IMG/VR virus record: IMGVR_UViG_3300017962_000016
Coordinates: 1-53,040 of that record
Strand: one strand, 5' to 3'
DNA: 53,040 nucleotides
From: a virus
Lineage: Duplodnaviria; Caudoviricetes
Under the pieces are notes generated by a model, which searched no databases, was not told where the DNA came from, and worked only from the letters and a program-made list of their open reading frames with translations. Made by a program: the position numbers and the translations under genes. Below are positions 28,101-38,900 of this stretch, in pieces (position 1 is the stretch's first letter; each line of letters opens with the position of its first letter).

Positions 28101-28913
28101 ATGGCAACCCCAAAAACAAGTGGTTTTACCAACCCTGATTTAAGTCCTGCGAATGGCGTTCAAGGTTCTTCTTATTTGTATCAATACGGTACAACACCAA
28201 ACACTCGTGTGGCTATGTCACAGAAAATCCGACTTTTGACTCCCGCTTATGGTGGAGGTCAGGCTTTATTTCAAATCGGTCTAGTCGCGGATTTTAGTGC
28301 GTCACAGAGCAAAGGGAATGAACCTGTTCGTGGAATCGGTTTTGGTGATCATGTGGCAGAGATTGTTCCTACGGTCACAGATCCCGTAGAACTTTCAATC
28401 ACAAGGTCATTGATGTATTTGTCTAACATTTGGCAAGCCACAGGCTATGCGGGTGGAATTGATGGTCCTGTTCGTTCATTAAAGCACCACAGGTGGCCCT
28501 TTGATCTCGAACATCAGTTGGTTTTCTCCTCTCTTGTTGATGCCGATCTTTATGGTTTAGAAAATGCGAACAATTCTGATGCTGGAAAGAAAGATGGTTT
28601 CCATCAAGGACATAAGGCACTCCAATATCCTAAGTTGCATGGTGACTACGGAAACAATCCTGCCCATAGTGTTCTTATTACAATGTACGAGGCTTGTTGG
28701 TGGACTTCTTGGGATTTGACCAACCAAACAGCCGATGGTGGTGTTCTTCAAGAAAGTGGTTCAGCTGCTGTCACCGATGTTCATGACTATGCTTCTGTGT
28801 ATGGTGAGTTCCTTGCAAGTGGAAACGATCCAACAATCGGTCAATATGGTTCTATTCGCTTTGCTGGGACAACAAACATTCCCACACAAACTGCAAGTAC
28901 CTCTCTTACTTAA
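28101..28913 (+). CDS. tail tube protein
   Basis: Follows the sheath; VRGIGFGD..AEIVP...LSITR...PFD...TMYEACW pattern. Confidence 0.75.
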   Translation: MATPKTSGFTNPDLSPANGVQGSSYLYQYGTTPNTRVAMSQKIRLLTPAYGGGQALFQIGLVADFSASQSKGNEPVRGIGFGDHVAEIVPTVTDPVELSITRSLMYLSNIWQATGYAGGIDGPVRSLKHHRWPFDLEHQLVFSSLVDADLYGLENANNSDAGKKDGFHQGHKALQYPKLHGDYGNNPAHSVLITMYEACWWTSWDLTNQTADGGVLQESGSAAVTDVHDYASVYGEFLASGNDPTIGQYGSIRFAGTTNIPTQTASTSLT

Positions 28914-29108
28914 TAGGGGTACAATGCTTACAGATCGCTTTGATCTTGTTCAGATGTAAATACACAAATAAACAAACACACTTACTTTTTCGCTCAAACC
29001 CAACACCTATGTGTTTGGACAATACAAACATAAATATATAAACACTAATGTAGAACATCTTTTCAAGATCAGATCGACTCCAAAAGATACAACACACAGG
29101 AGAATTTG

Positions 29109-30149
29109 ATGTTGAACCTTGCCCAATTAAAGAAAGCCCTAGAACCCATTAAAAGCCTCACAAGAGCAGAATCTTCAATTGTTTTGTCAGGAGTGGAGAT
29201 ATTTGTTCGTGTTCTCACTCCCGAACAAGATTTTGCTGTTCAAAAAGAGTCACAGTTTGTACTAGAAGAAATTCAAGAGGTTATGGAGGGGGGAGATAGG
29301 GTTAAACTCCTTGCGTATCTTGACGAGTTTCGCCTCCAAACATTGACTCGATGTATTGTGCAAATCGGTGACCTTGACTTGAGAGATGTCACCCATATAG
29401 AAACAGGCGAGTTGCTAGAGAATGGCACACCTATAAAGGTGTCCAAAGAGAAAGCACTCAAAGAGATTCTCTCCGAATGGAATCGTCCGATGCAAATCTC
29501 TATCTTGGATTGCTACAATGCTTTGGTAGAGAAAATAGAGAAAGAAACAAATACCTCTGTCAAGGGTGACTTTGCAGATGAGAGCTCAGAGATCACTTAT
29601 CTCAAATCTCGTCTTGCTGAATTAGAGGAATCGCAAAGCACAAAGCAATTGCAGAAAGAACAAGATGTCCGATCTACTTTCCGTAGTGTTGTAGAAACAA
29701 GTAAAGCGAAACAAACGGAAGAACAACGAACGAAAGACGCAAGCGATTACTTGAAAGAAAAGAAAGTTCAGCAAGAGAAAGTTCAACAACAACAACAAGA
29801 AGCTCCTCCTTCAAAACCAGAGACTAATCAGACTTCAGCAGAAACTCCCGTTTCTCGACAACCAATTTTTCCAACTCAATCAACACCCCCTCAACAAGTT
29901 CAACAAACTCAATCAAAACCACAAACACAAACACCACCCCTTTCTCCACAAACGACATCCTCTCCTAACGAAGACTCGGTGTTTTTCCAAGAGCAAGAGT
30001 TCCCACCGCAGAAACAAGAAACACTTGATGGCATAGAGGTCTATCGGCTTCCAACTCAGACATTGGGCGAAGAAATCGTTTCTCCAAACAAAACACAAGT
30101 ACAACCTACATCAAGAAACCCAAGATTCATCACACCTAATCAGAGCTGA
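29109..30149 (+). CDS. putative tail assembly chaperone
   Basis: Position between tube and tape measure; Q/P/T-rich tail. Confidence 0.55.
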   Translation: MLNLAQLKKALEPIKSLTRAESSIVLSGVEIFVRVLTPEQDFAVQKESQFVLEEIQEVMEGGDRVKLLAYLDEFRLQTLTRCIVQIGDLDLRDVTHIETGELLENGTPIKVSKEKALKEILSEWNRPMQISILDCYNALVEKIEKETNTSVKGDFADESSEITYLKSRLAELEESQSTKQLQKEQDVRSTFRSVVETSKAKQTEEQRTKDASDYLKEKKVQQEKVQQQQQEAPPSKPETNQTSAETPVSRQPIFPTQSTPPQQVQQTQSKPQTQTPPLSPQTTSSPNEDSVFFQEQEFPPQKQETLDGIEVYRLPTQTLGEEIVSPNKTQVQPTSRNPRFITPNQS

Positions 30150-30160
30150 GGGGGTGTTGA

Positions 30161-31216
30161 GTGAATGAGGAACAGAACAAGCCTTACGATGATATCCAAG
30201 CATTGATTGAGGTGGGTTATCTCACACACAATTTGGTTGTGAGAGGTGTTCCCATTGTTCTTCGTTCTTTGTTTCCTCAAGAAATTCAAGAGGTTCTTCT
30301 CCAATCTTATGGATCAGATTTCATCACTTATCAGAGATATGTGGTAGCCAAGAGTATGTACTCGGTTCGAGGTATTCTCTTGACAAGGAACACATCTCAT
30401 TTGGATACCTTTGAGCTCGTTTCGGACATCCCTGCCTCCATAATCAAACGACTCTATTATGAGATTCAAGGACTGTTGGCTCGTTACTCCAAGTGTTTTA
30501 CTTTGGTTGAGGGTTTCTCTTACGAACCCTCGTCTAGGACATTGTGGTTCTCTAATGGTCGTAGCATACCAAAGAATGTTTTTGGAATGGAGAATGGGGT
30601 TCAACAATTGTGGCAAGTGTATAACTTGTACGATGATTTTAGAGATGAACACGATGAGAATTGGAACAACACAAAGTTTCTCGCCTCCGCCTTTTCTCCG
30701 AAAGGTGTGAAGAAAATATACGACAAGGACAAGAGTGCAAAGAGAGAAGAAAAAGCAAGGAGAGAAAGAAAAATACAAGAGTGCATCGCCAAGTATCAAG
30801 GAGAATATGTTGAGTTGTCTGAAACAGAACAACAGAAGCCTATCTTAGTGACCGCAAAAACAGAAGAAGAACTGATGGAAGAATATCACCGATGGGTTCG
30901 AGGTGAAAAAGACTCTCACGATCTCATTGTAGAACAATACAAGAACAACATCCGAAATAAGATGGACGACCAACGGAGAGAGTACGAACAAAAGAGAGCG
31001 GAGCTCGAAAACCTTGAAGAAACAAGAGGAATCTTCGCTTCTACTCAACTTGCACCCGCCACCAAAGAGCAATTGGAGGAGGCAGGATTCCGTAGAGGGG
31101 TCAGCACTTTGCAAGGAGAAAATCAACGAAACCGTCTATATAACCGTTATCTAGGAAAGGATGAGGTACATGGAGATTTCTATGTAGGCTCGGATGGGAA
31201 TGTCAAAATAAGGTGA
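30161..31216 (+). CDS. putative tail assembly chaperone 2
   Basis: GTG start with GGGGG RBS; immediately upstream of the tape measure gene. Confidence 0.5.
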   Translation: MNEEQNKPYDDIQALIEVGYLTHNLVVRGVPIVLRSLFPQEIQEVLLQSYGSDFITYQRYVVAKSMYSVRGILLTRNTSHLDTFELVSDIPASIIKRLYYEIQGLLARYSKCFTLVEGFSYEPSSRTLWFSNGRSIPKNVFGMENGVQQLWQVYNLYDDFRDEHDENWNNTKFLASAFSPKGVKKIYDKDKSAKREEKARRERKIQECIAKYQGEYVELSETEQQKPILVTAKTEEELMEEYHRWVRGEKDSHDLIVEQYKNNIRNKMDDQRREYEQKRAELENLEETRGIFASTQLAPATKEQLEEAGFRRGVSTLQGENQRNRLYNRYLGKDEVHGDFYVGSDGNVKIR

Positions 31217-31220
31217 TACC

Positions 31221-34200
31221 ATGTCAACAAGTCAAAATCTTACCAACTTAATTAGCAGTCTAGGAACTGTATCCTCATCTTTTCGGTCTGAGATGCAGAG
31301 TGCGAGTAGCGAATTGACCAATGCTCTTTCTCAAGCAAGAAAGGCGGGTGCTTCTCGATATGCAGCAGAGATGCTCAATCAGAAAAGACTCAATTCTACA
31401 ATGAACAAGTTTCAACAGAAATATCTCCAAGCACAAGCGTCAGGAGATACTCTCAGGATGGCACGACTTGAGGAGGGATTCAAGAAAGAGTTGAAACACA
31501 TCAAGACTCGTTTGGAATCACACGAAGAAGCAAACAAGATTATGCAAGATGGTGTGGATGATTTTGTTAAGAAATACAAATCGGGCTTGTTAGAGGGGGC
31601 GGAGAACGCGGCAGAGGCACTTGAAGCGGGCTTTGAGAATCTTCAAAACAACTTGAAGAATCTTGATATCAAGGGCTTTGGATCTATGCTCAAAAGTGGA
31701 GGTCAAGGCTTACAGAATATGGGTGGGGCTATGGGAGGCAGTCTTGGTCCTATGGTTGCCCAATTAGGGAAAGTAGCCGCTGGTTTGGGGGCGGTAGTTG
31801 CTGTCTTTGGTGTCTTTGCCGCTGTGATGGCAGAGGCAGATAAGAAAGCAAAAGAAATGAATAGTTCTCTCCTAGATGGGATTTCTGTCTTTGATGCGGG
31901 TGCGAATCAAGTAGATAATTTTAGTCACCATCTTCACACACTCCGACAACAAGCCTTTGATATTGGGAGTGAGTTTCGCTTGGCGGGGGAGGAGATTTCT
32001 CAACTCCAAAACGCGTTTATGGCGGCTGGTATGACGATGTCAGAGTTTGAGGGTTTTACGGGTGCTGGTGATAGTGTGACAGGTTTGGGGGATGCTCTCC
32101 GAGAAACATTGACAATGTCTAGGCTATTGGGGATGGATGCAAAGACTCTCGCAGAAACATACACAAAAATGAATGAAGATTTTGGTTTGGATATGTCCCA
32201 AATTTCAGATGCCTTTCGAGATATCTATACGGCAGCCAATCTCTCTAGTATCGGAACACAAAAATTCACCGCTATGATCACACAAGCCACAGGGAGTATG
32301 GCATTGTTCAATGTTGATTTCTCAGAAACAGCGGCATTGGCAAGTGAGTTCATTGAGGCATTGGGCGAGGAGGGTGCAAGTGACCTTCTCCAAAATCTCT
32401 CAGGAAAGTTTGGGAATATGGGATATCAAGAGCGATTCAAGACCAATATGTTGTCAGGTGGTGGTGTTGCAAAAGGTATGAAAGCTGGTATGAAAGCTGG
32501 TGCCGCAAGATTGGAATCAAGTGCAGCGGGAGGTCAAATAGCAGATATCTTAACGGAGATGGGCTTTGGAGGTAAAGGACTAGCAGAAGCCTTAATGGAT
32601 AAGAAAATGGGTGCAAAGCAACAGCGAGAGTTGATAGACCGAGCCTCTATGTCAGGAATGGATGATGCCTTTGTTAGACAATTACAAACTGTTTCGATTC
32701 AAGCCAACGCTCTCCGAACAGGTGTAACCAAAGGAATGGGTGCATTGGACGCAGGAGGTACTCTTTCTGTAATGCAATCCATAGCCGAGAATTTCGGTGG
32801 TGGAGATATGCGAAAAATTGGCGATACAGGAATGATGGTTCTTGAAGAAGTGACAGGGATGAGTGGAAAAGAACTTGATTCCTATACAAGAGTTATTGAC
32901 AAAATGAGAGGTCAATACGAGGGTATCAATCGACAGTTCAAAGAGTTAGAGAGCATGGAAGATCCCAAAGAAAAAGCGAAAAAAATCAAACAAATAGAGG
33001 AAGAATACAAGGTCACCATTGGCGAATCAGGTCAAATGATCAATATGCAAACAGGTGAAGAAATCAAATCTTTCACAGAGTACCTCGCAGGGATGTCAAC
33101 ACCAAAAGACCTTGAGGCAGCTCTCACAAAAGATCAAATGTTGGCTCAAGAAGCGGTTGAAGAAACAAGGACATTGGGTGCTATTATGGAGAACACCATC
33201 GGTGCGATTCTCGATAACATCTACACACTCCTTACGGGTTGGATGTCAATGGGGAGAGATGAGGGTGAGGCTAAGGTTCTCACAGATTTTGTGTCAAAGA
33301 TGTCAGACAGAAAGATGAACTTGACCGAACAAGAAACAGCCTTGAAAACAGAACTCCGAACGAACAAAGATCTAACAGACGACCAAAAAGCAAAAATTGA
33401 AGAACAACTAGGCACAATATCAAAACAAAAGCGTCTTGTAGATACCGCTATGCGCCGAGCTCCATCGCAAGGTGTTGGTTTCTTTGATGATTATGGTGAC
33501 ACTGACGAAGAAATGATGGGGTATATGAATAAATTGACAAAAGATGTTCGCCACAAGGAATTTGGGAGAAAAGAAACAAGGCAGTATCAGGTATATGAAA
33601 CTAGAAAAGTAGGCGGGGAGTTTGAACAGGTTCCAACGGGTAGGTATAGAGAGGAAACTGTGACCGTTGCAGATTCAATGGAAGATCTTCTCAAGGGTTC
33701 TGAAAAAGACGCTGAAACTTTGGTGAATACTCTCACAAAGTCAGAGGAAACGGCTAAGAACACAGGCAAAGATGGAACCCTAGAGAAAGCCTCCGACCGA
33801 ACAACAACTGCGGTACAAGCCTTGCTCTCCTACCAAGAATCAATGGACTTAGCCACAGCATTGGGTACGGACAGAGCCACCGCCTTGAAAGTCTTGGAAG
33901 AAGAAAGGAAAAAGAAAAGTGTTCATGGTTTGGGAGGCTCAGGTGCAGCGGAGGGCTTTTTCGATAAAGTGGGTGCGGACGAAACAATGACTCCCGATGA
34001 GTACAATAAGAGGCGAGACACTCTCGTTGGTATGGGTTTGATTAGTGCTGGTTCTTATGCAAGACGAGCACCCCCCGTAGAAGATTTCGTTTATCAAGGA
34101 GATGCTTTCGGTCGAGGTACGATCACACCTATCCACGATCAAGATGCCCTATTGTATGGGAAACCCAATGGTCCCTTCGACAAGGCGATGGCTAGTGGAG

Positions 34201-34337
34201 GGGGTGGTGATGTTATCAACATCTTTGTCAATGCTGGAGATAAACACATCGCCCAATCTATCGCAAGCACCCTAAAGAGCAAGAAAGGTTCAGGTGCGAT
34301 GGGAACAACACCTTATGGTGGTGGAGTGAGAGCATAA
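31221..34337 (+). CDS. tape measure protein
   Basis: 1038 aa, helical and A/G/M-rich with a hydrophobic segment; canonical position. Confidence 0.8.
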   Translation: MSTSQNLTNLISSLGTVSSSFRSEMQSASSELTNALSQARKAGASRYAAEMLNQKRLNSTMNKFQQKYLQAQASGDTLRMARLEEGFKKELKHIKTRLESHEEANKIMQDGVDDFVKKYKSGLLEGAENAAEALEAGFENLQNNLKNLDIKGFGSMLKSGGQGLQNMGGAMGGSLGPMVAQLGKVAAGLGAVVAVFGVFAAVMAEADKKAKEMNSSLLDGISVFDAGANQVDNFSHHLHTLRQQAFDIGSEFRLAGEEISQLQNAFMAAGMTMSEFEGFTGAGDSVTGLGDALRETLTMSRLLGMDAKTLAETYTKMNEDFGLDMSQISDAFRDIYTAANLSSIGTQKFTAMITQATGSMALFNVDFSETAALASEFIEALGEEGASDLLQNLSGKFGNMGYQERFKTNMLSGGGVAKGMKAGMKAGAARLESSAAGGQIADILTEMGFGGKGLAEALMDKKMGAKQQRELIDRASMSGMDDAFVRQLQTVSIQANALRTGVTKGMGALDAGGTLSVMQSIAENFGGGDMRKIGDTGMMVLEEVTGMSGKELDSYTRVIDKMRGQYEGINRQFKELESMEDPKEKAKKIKQIEEEYKVTIGESGQMINMQTGEEIKSFTEYLAGMSTPKDLEAALTKDQMLAQEAVEETRTLGAIMENTIGAILDNIYTLLTGWMSMGRDEGEAKVLTDFVSKMSDRKMNLTEQETALKTELRTNKDLTDDQKAKIEEQLGTISKQKRLVDTAMRRAPSQGVGFFDDYGDTDEEMMGYMNKLTKDVRHKEFGRKETRQYQVYETRKVGGEFEQVPTGRYREETVTVADSMEDLLKGSEKDAETLVNTLTKSEETAKNTGKDGTLEKASDRTTTAVQALLSYQESMDLATALGTDRATALKVLEEERKKKSVHGLGGSGAAEGFFDKVGADETMTPDEYNKRRDTLVGMGLISAGSYARRAPPVEDFVYQGDAFGRGTITPIHDQDALLYGKPNGPFDKAMASGGGGDVINIFVNAGDKHIAQSIASTLKSKKGSGAMGTTPYGGGVRA

Positions 34338-34338
34338 T

Positions 34339-34932
34339 ATGAGAATACCTAGTGCATTTGAACACCCAAACGATGAATACAATGGACTTGGTCGCAAGCC
34401 CGTTGTACTTGATGTCCTTGCTCCCGACAGGAGAACCTCAATGTTGCCTGAGGGAGTGAAATTTGTATTCCATGTGAATCCAAATGAGCTCTCTATCAAC
34501 TACGCCAAGACAATATCGAGAATACAAACAATGGGTGGGTTCGTAGAACAAGTTTGGGGTGATGATGCCCAAGAGATATCTATGTCAATGAATAGTGGTG
34601 CGTTCATTCGACCTTATGTGGGAGTGAGTGCTATCACAAATCCTGATTATGGTGGCACAAGACGACAGACTATCGCCTATGACAAGTATCTTGATCTTCT
34701 TGCTTTGTTTCATAGTAATGGGATGGTGTATGGTATCAATGGTCAAGTGATTCAAGCGGGAATCATTTCTCTCTACTTTGATAATGTGATTTACTATGGG
34801 TGGTTTACGAGCTTCACCGTAACGGAAAGTGCTGAATCTCCCTACAAGTTAGATCTCCAAGCCAACTTTACAGTGGATACAGAGGAACATTTAACTTTTC
34901 TTCCTTATGAAGATTTATCGGTGAGGTTCTAA
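34339..34932 (+). CDS. baseplate/tube-initiator protein
   Basis: VNPNEL.I.Y.K.I.R..T.GG..EQ.WG...YYGWF.SF pattern. Confidence 0.65.
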   Translation: MRIPSAFEHPNDEYNGLGRKPVVLDVLAPDRRTSMLPEGVKFVFHVNPNELSINYAKTISRIQTMGGFVEQVWGDDAQEISMSMNSGAFIRPYVGVSAITNPDYGGTRRQTIAYDKYLDLLALFHSNGMVYGINGQVIQAGIISLYFDNVIYYGWFTSFTVTESAESPYKLDLQANFTVDTEEHLTFLPYEDLSVRF

Positions 34933-35954
34933 TGGGAAAGCCAACAATAACGGATCAAATGGGGATTGTCGGAGGACAACCATCTGAACCCTCCCAAACT
35001 TTTGAGTCAGATTACGAGGTGGTCGTAACGGGTGCCTCCCTACAAGAGGTGGCGGTGACTTGGGATTTGATAGAAACAGGAAGAAGATTTGATTTGTCTT
35101 ACGAACCACAAGTGGGGAAACCCATTGATGGGGGCTCAGAGCAACTCAGGAAATTCTCCCCATTTACGATTGGGTTTGAACTCCCTGCTGATGTGAAAGA
35201 CTTGATTCCAACCTTGCGTGTGGGGGGTGAGGGGGCTTCTTTTGAACAAGATATCACCAACTTGGGTAATGCTTTCGCTGATGTTATGGGCAACGGCAAT
35301 TATACATCGGATGGCTTTGTGCAAGAGAGTGCTTTCCAACAAAACCAAGACTATCCTGATGCGTCTTTCATTGGTCGGACACAGATTAGTAATTATGTCG
35401 TTCAACTATTGCGACTAGCGAATATCCCTGAGCTCCAAGTTCTTGTGAATCCCAATTCGATGTCGGTCACATATACAAAAGTTCAAGATTTCTCTGCCCG
35501 TACAAGAAAGAATCGTATCTTTCGTGCGTGGGGTGAAGAACAACCTACCATCTCTTTCAGCTTTCAAACGGGGGGTTTCATCGCTGGACAAGAAAGACAT
35601 TTTTGGGGGAGTGATAGCAACACACCATCAGGACTCCAATATGCCAGCAAGAAGCTCTCGGCGGCTTGGCAGAACTTTATGAAAATCTTTCAAGTGTATC
35701 AAAACTCTGCTTTGCTTTACGACACCATTTTTGACACAGAGGCACATTTGGGAGTGGGTGGCTTGGTCATAAGATACGACCAAATGATCTATCGAGGGAT
35801 GATTGAAAGTTTTGAGTTCTCGTATGGAGATGAAACACCCAATATGCTGACTTTCGATATCTCGTTCATTGTTTCTCAAATGGAGGATGTTTCGGATGAT
35901 TCAGGTATAGTGGCACCACTATACAATCCAAATGGGGAGGATTTCTTTCTATGA
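34932..35954 (+). CDS. baseplate/tube-initiator paralog
   Basis: LVNPNSMSVTYTK...WGEEQ...YRGMIESF, similar to the upstream gene. Confidence 0.6.
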   Translation: MGKPTITDQMGIVGGQPSEPSQTFESDYEVVVTGASLQEVAVTWDLIETGRRFDLSYEPQVGKPIDGGSEQLRKFSPFTIGFELPADVKDLIPTLRVGGEGASFEQDITNLGNAFADVMGNGNYTSDGFVQESAFQQNQDYPDASFIGRTQISNYVVQLLRLANIPELQVLVNPNSMSVTYTKVQDFSARTRKNRIFRAWGEEQPTISFSFQTGGFIAGQERHFWGSDSNTPSGLQYASKKLSAAWQNFMKIFQVYQNSALLYDTIFDTEAHLGVGGLVIRYDQMIYRGMIESFEFSYGDETPNMLTFDISFIVSQMEDVSDDSGIVAPLYNPNGEDFFL

Positions 35955-38900
35955 GCATACATAAAAGACCATTTGCAGGGACTTGGACAAAGACCGTACA
36001 GAACAAGGAAATCAGACGACTTGTTCCTGATATGATCGTAAAGTTCAATGGAGAAACCTCGTACCCCTCTTGTGCGGGTTGTTCAGGAAACATTGACCTA
36101 CAAGATTTAATCACAAGTGTGACCGTTTCTAACTCTACGGACACATCGCCCGCCAATGTATCTATTTCTATGTCGATACCAACAAACAGATACGCGTGCC
36201 TCTTTCGAGATAACAAATTCGTTCTCCATCCCGGAATAGAAGTCCATATCTATATGAGAGGCTTTTTCTCAACACAAGAACTTGTGAAAGCACAAGGCGA
36301 CACCTCTGAAAGCGACATTCCAATGAAACCCTATTATCAAGTCTTTCATGGTGTGGTGACAGAAACCTCTTTCTCGTTTGGAGGGGGATTCTACGAATGT
36401 TCAATGAGTGCCGCTGACCTCTTTCATTTTTGGCAATATCAGAACATCAATACCAACCCATCGGCTCTTGGTTCAAAGGTTTCGGGTGACCGAACGAGAA
36501 TGAACTTTGTGGGAGGGAAACATGTTCGTCAAAATGCTTACAGCGTTATCTTTGATTTGTACTCAAGCAAGCATGGGGATGCGGGTGCTCAAGATTTCGT
36601 CTTGGGTGATTTCACAAACATTGGTATCAAGTCCGATCTCTACCAAGACAGCTTTTGGGATGTGACAGGGTGGTATTGGGCGAAACGCTTCCAACAACCA
36701 ATGTCCAAGTTGAAAATGTATGGGGCAGATGGTCGTCAGTTTACGACATTAGAACAACTCGCGGTCGCTGATCCCGCCCTTGTGAAAGATGAGGGTTTGG
36801 CGAAGAACGCGAGTTCTTGGTTGAGTCTTGGAGAGGGCAAGGGGGATTCTAAATTTAGGATATCTAAGTTGCTCGGTGTTCTTCGAGCCGCAAATCCAAA
36901 TTATGCCTTTCCCACATCCTCTTTGTTCTATGTCCAACAATCGGCTTTCGCTCTCTACAAAGATGGTTCTTATCAAGGAGATCAAGGTTTGGGGGGTGAT
37001 AATATTGCAGCTCAAACAGCCTTTGCACAAGAGCTGAGCTCAATGGGGCAAGTGAATATCTTTGAGGCACAGGTCACAACCAAGATGGACATCGCAAGTA
37101 CGGTTTGCACAGAGAGTGGTTTTGAGTTCTACATTGATATGAATGGCGACTATGTATTCAAGCCCCCTCTCTACAACCTTGATACGAGCGACAGTAGGGT
37201 TTATACCATCAAGGCGATAGACATCATTTCTTTCGACAATACAGAAAGCGAACCCACCGCGACCGTAATGAAAGGAACAGGGGGCTACTTTGCCAATTGG
37301 GGTTCATTACTTGGTTCGGAGTACGAGAATCGAGGAATGTATGTTGATTGGAAATTGGTTGCCAAATATGGTTGGAGAGAGGCAGATTTCTCTACCACTT
37401 TCTTCACTGATCCAAAGAGTATCTATTACGCTTGCATCAACAGACTCTATCTTGAAAATAAAGAGGTTCAATCGGGGAGTGTTTCTATTCCTCTCCGACC
37501 TGAAATGAAATTGGGTTTCCCTGTGTATATCGAACCCTTTGATTGTTTCTATTATGTGAATAGCATCTCTCACTCTTTCTCTTTCGGTGGGGAATGTACT
37601 ACCGATTTGGGTTTGATAGCAAAGCGAGCCAAGTTTTTCCCACCTATGGTAGTGAAAGACGACCAAATACCAACTCTCAATGACATAGACCTAGAGAATA
37701 TCTACCGAGCTTCTCGTCCTCTCTACACAAGAAACAACGAAGGGTTGCCTAAGTTAATGGGCTTACCAAATGTCGTAATGGCACTTGATGTTCATCTCTT
37801 GAATCCTCTATGGGTTGCTTCAGGGGAAATCACCGCAGAGGTGATGGGTTCTGCTTTGAATCTCAAAGGGAGTTCAGCAGGGGGTAACAAGAACCAAGAA
37901 CAAACGCGTGTTTTTCTTCAAGCCTTAGCAGAGGAGGGTTTGATCTCTCTAGGACAAAGTAGTACAGATGGTTTCACAGACACAGTTTTCTTTTACGATC
38001 AAAGTGGAATCCCAAGTGAGTCTTTGACTTTCTCACAAGTGGAGGAGATTTTTGCGATTCTTTTTGTGGCAACAGAGAGAGCGAGAGAAACAACAAGTTC
38101 TTGGAATCGTGGGGAAACCAGCTCTTATATGCAATTGTACAAAGATAGTCCTGAGTTGTTCTCGAACAATTTGAGCGGCAGCAATATGGTAGATCAAGAC
38201 TTGTTTTACAAAGATGAAGAACATATCCGAGATGACCTACAGGTGGTTCAAGCAAAGTTTAATCAACGAAATAACTTTTTGGGCAAGAGTGTTTTCACTT
38301 TATTCCTTGCGACTCTCGACAGATATCGAGAAACAAAGTTGAACACCCCTTTCGGGAAAGACCGAACGCCCATACAGAATTACCTATCTGCGATGAGCTT
38401 CATGAAAAGTTCATTCAGACCTGACGATATGCAACCCGGAGCATATCGCTACTACACCGATGCGATCCCAAAGACACACCCAAACTATGCGATGTTTCAA
38501 GGTCAATCCCAAGTGTATGAATCAAGGGTGTATATAGATGGCAAGATTGAGGTCACAAACACACTCCTTGCACCACAAAAATTGAAAACGCCACTAGCAA
38601 CAACAAAGGTTCTCCCAAATGGGGATGGCACTCTCCGAATTAGTGTTCCGAACAGAGATCCCAAAACAAATGGGAACGATCCTATCTATCTAACGGAATA
38701 TGGCATCAAGGTTCTTGTGCCAAGAGGCACAACGGATGCCGACAAGTTTCCTCCGATTGAAGGTTCAAGTGAATATTACAAGGCAATTCCGACATCACAA
38801 ATAAGAACAATTATGTTTGCTATCCCACGAGCGGGGCGCGGACAGCATTTCTTGAAATATGAATTCAAAAGTCTTTCTATTCTCGCAACAGCGGAGAGCC

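Noticed and set aside
30120-30165. Programmed frameshift between the tail chaperone genes
   Set aside because: No convincing slippery heptamer was seen near the stop, and the second gene has its own RBS and start.
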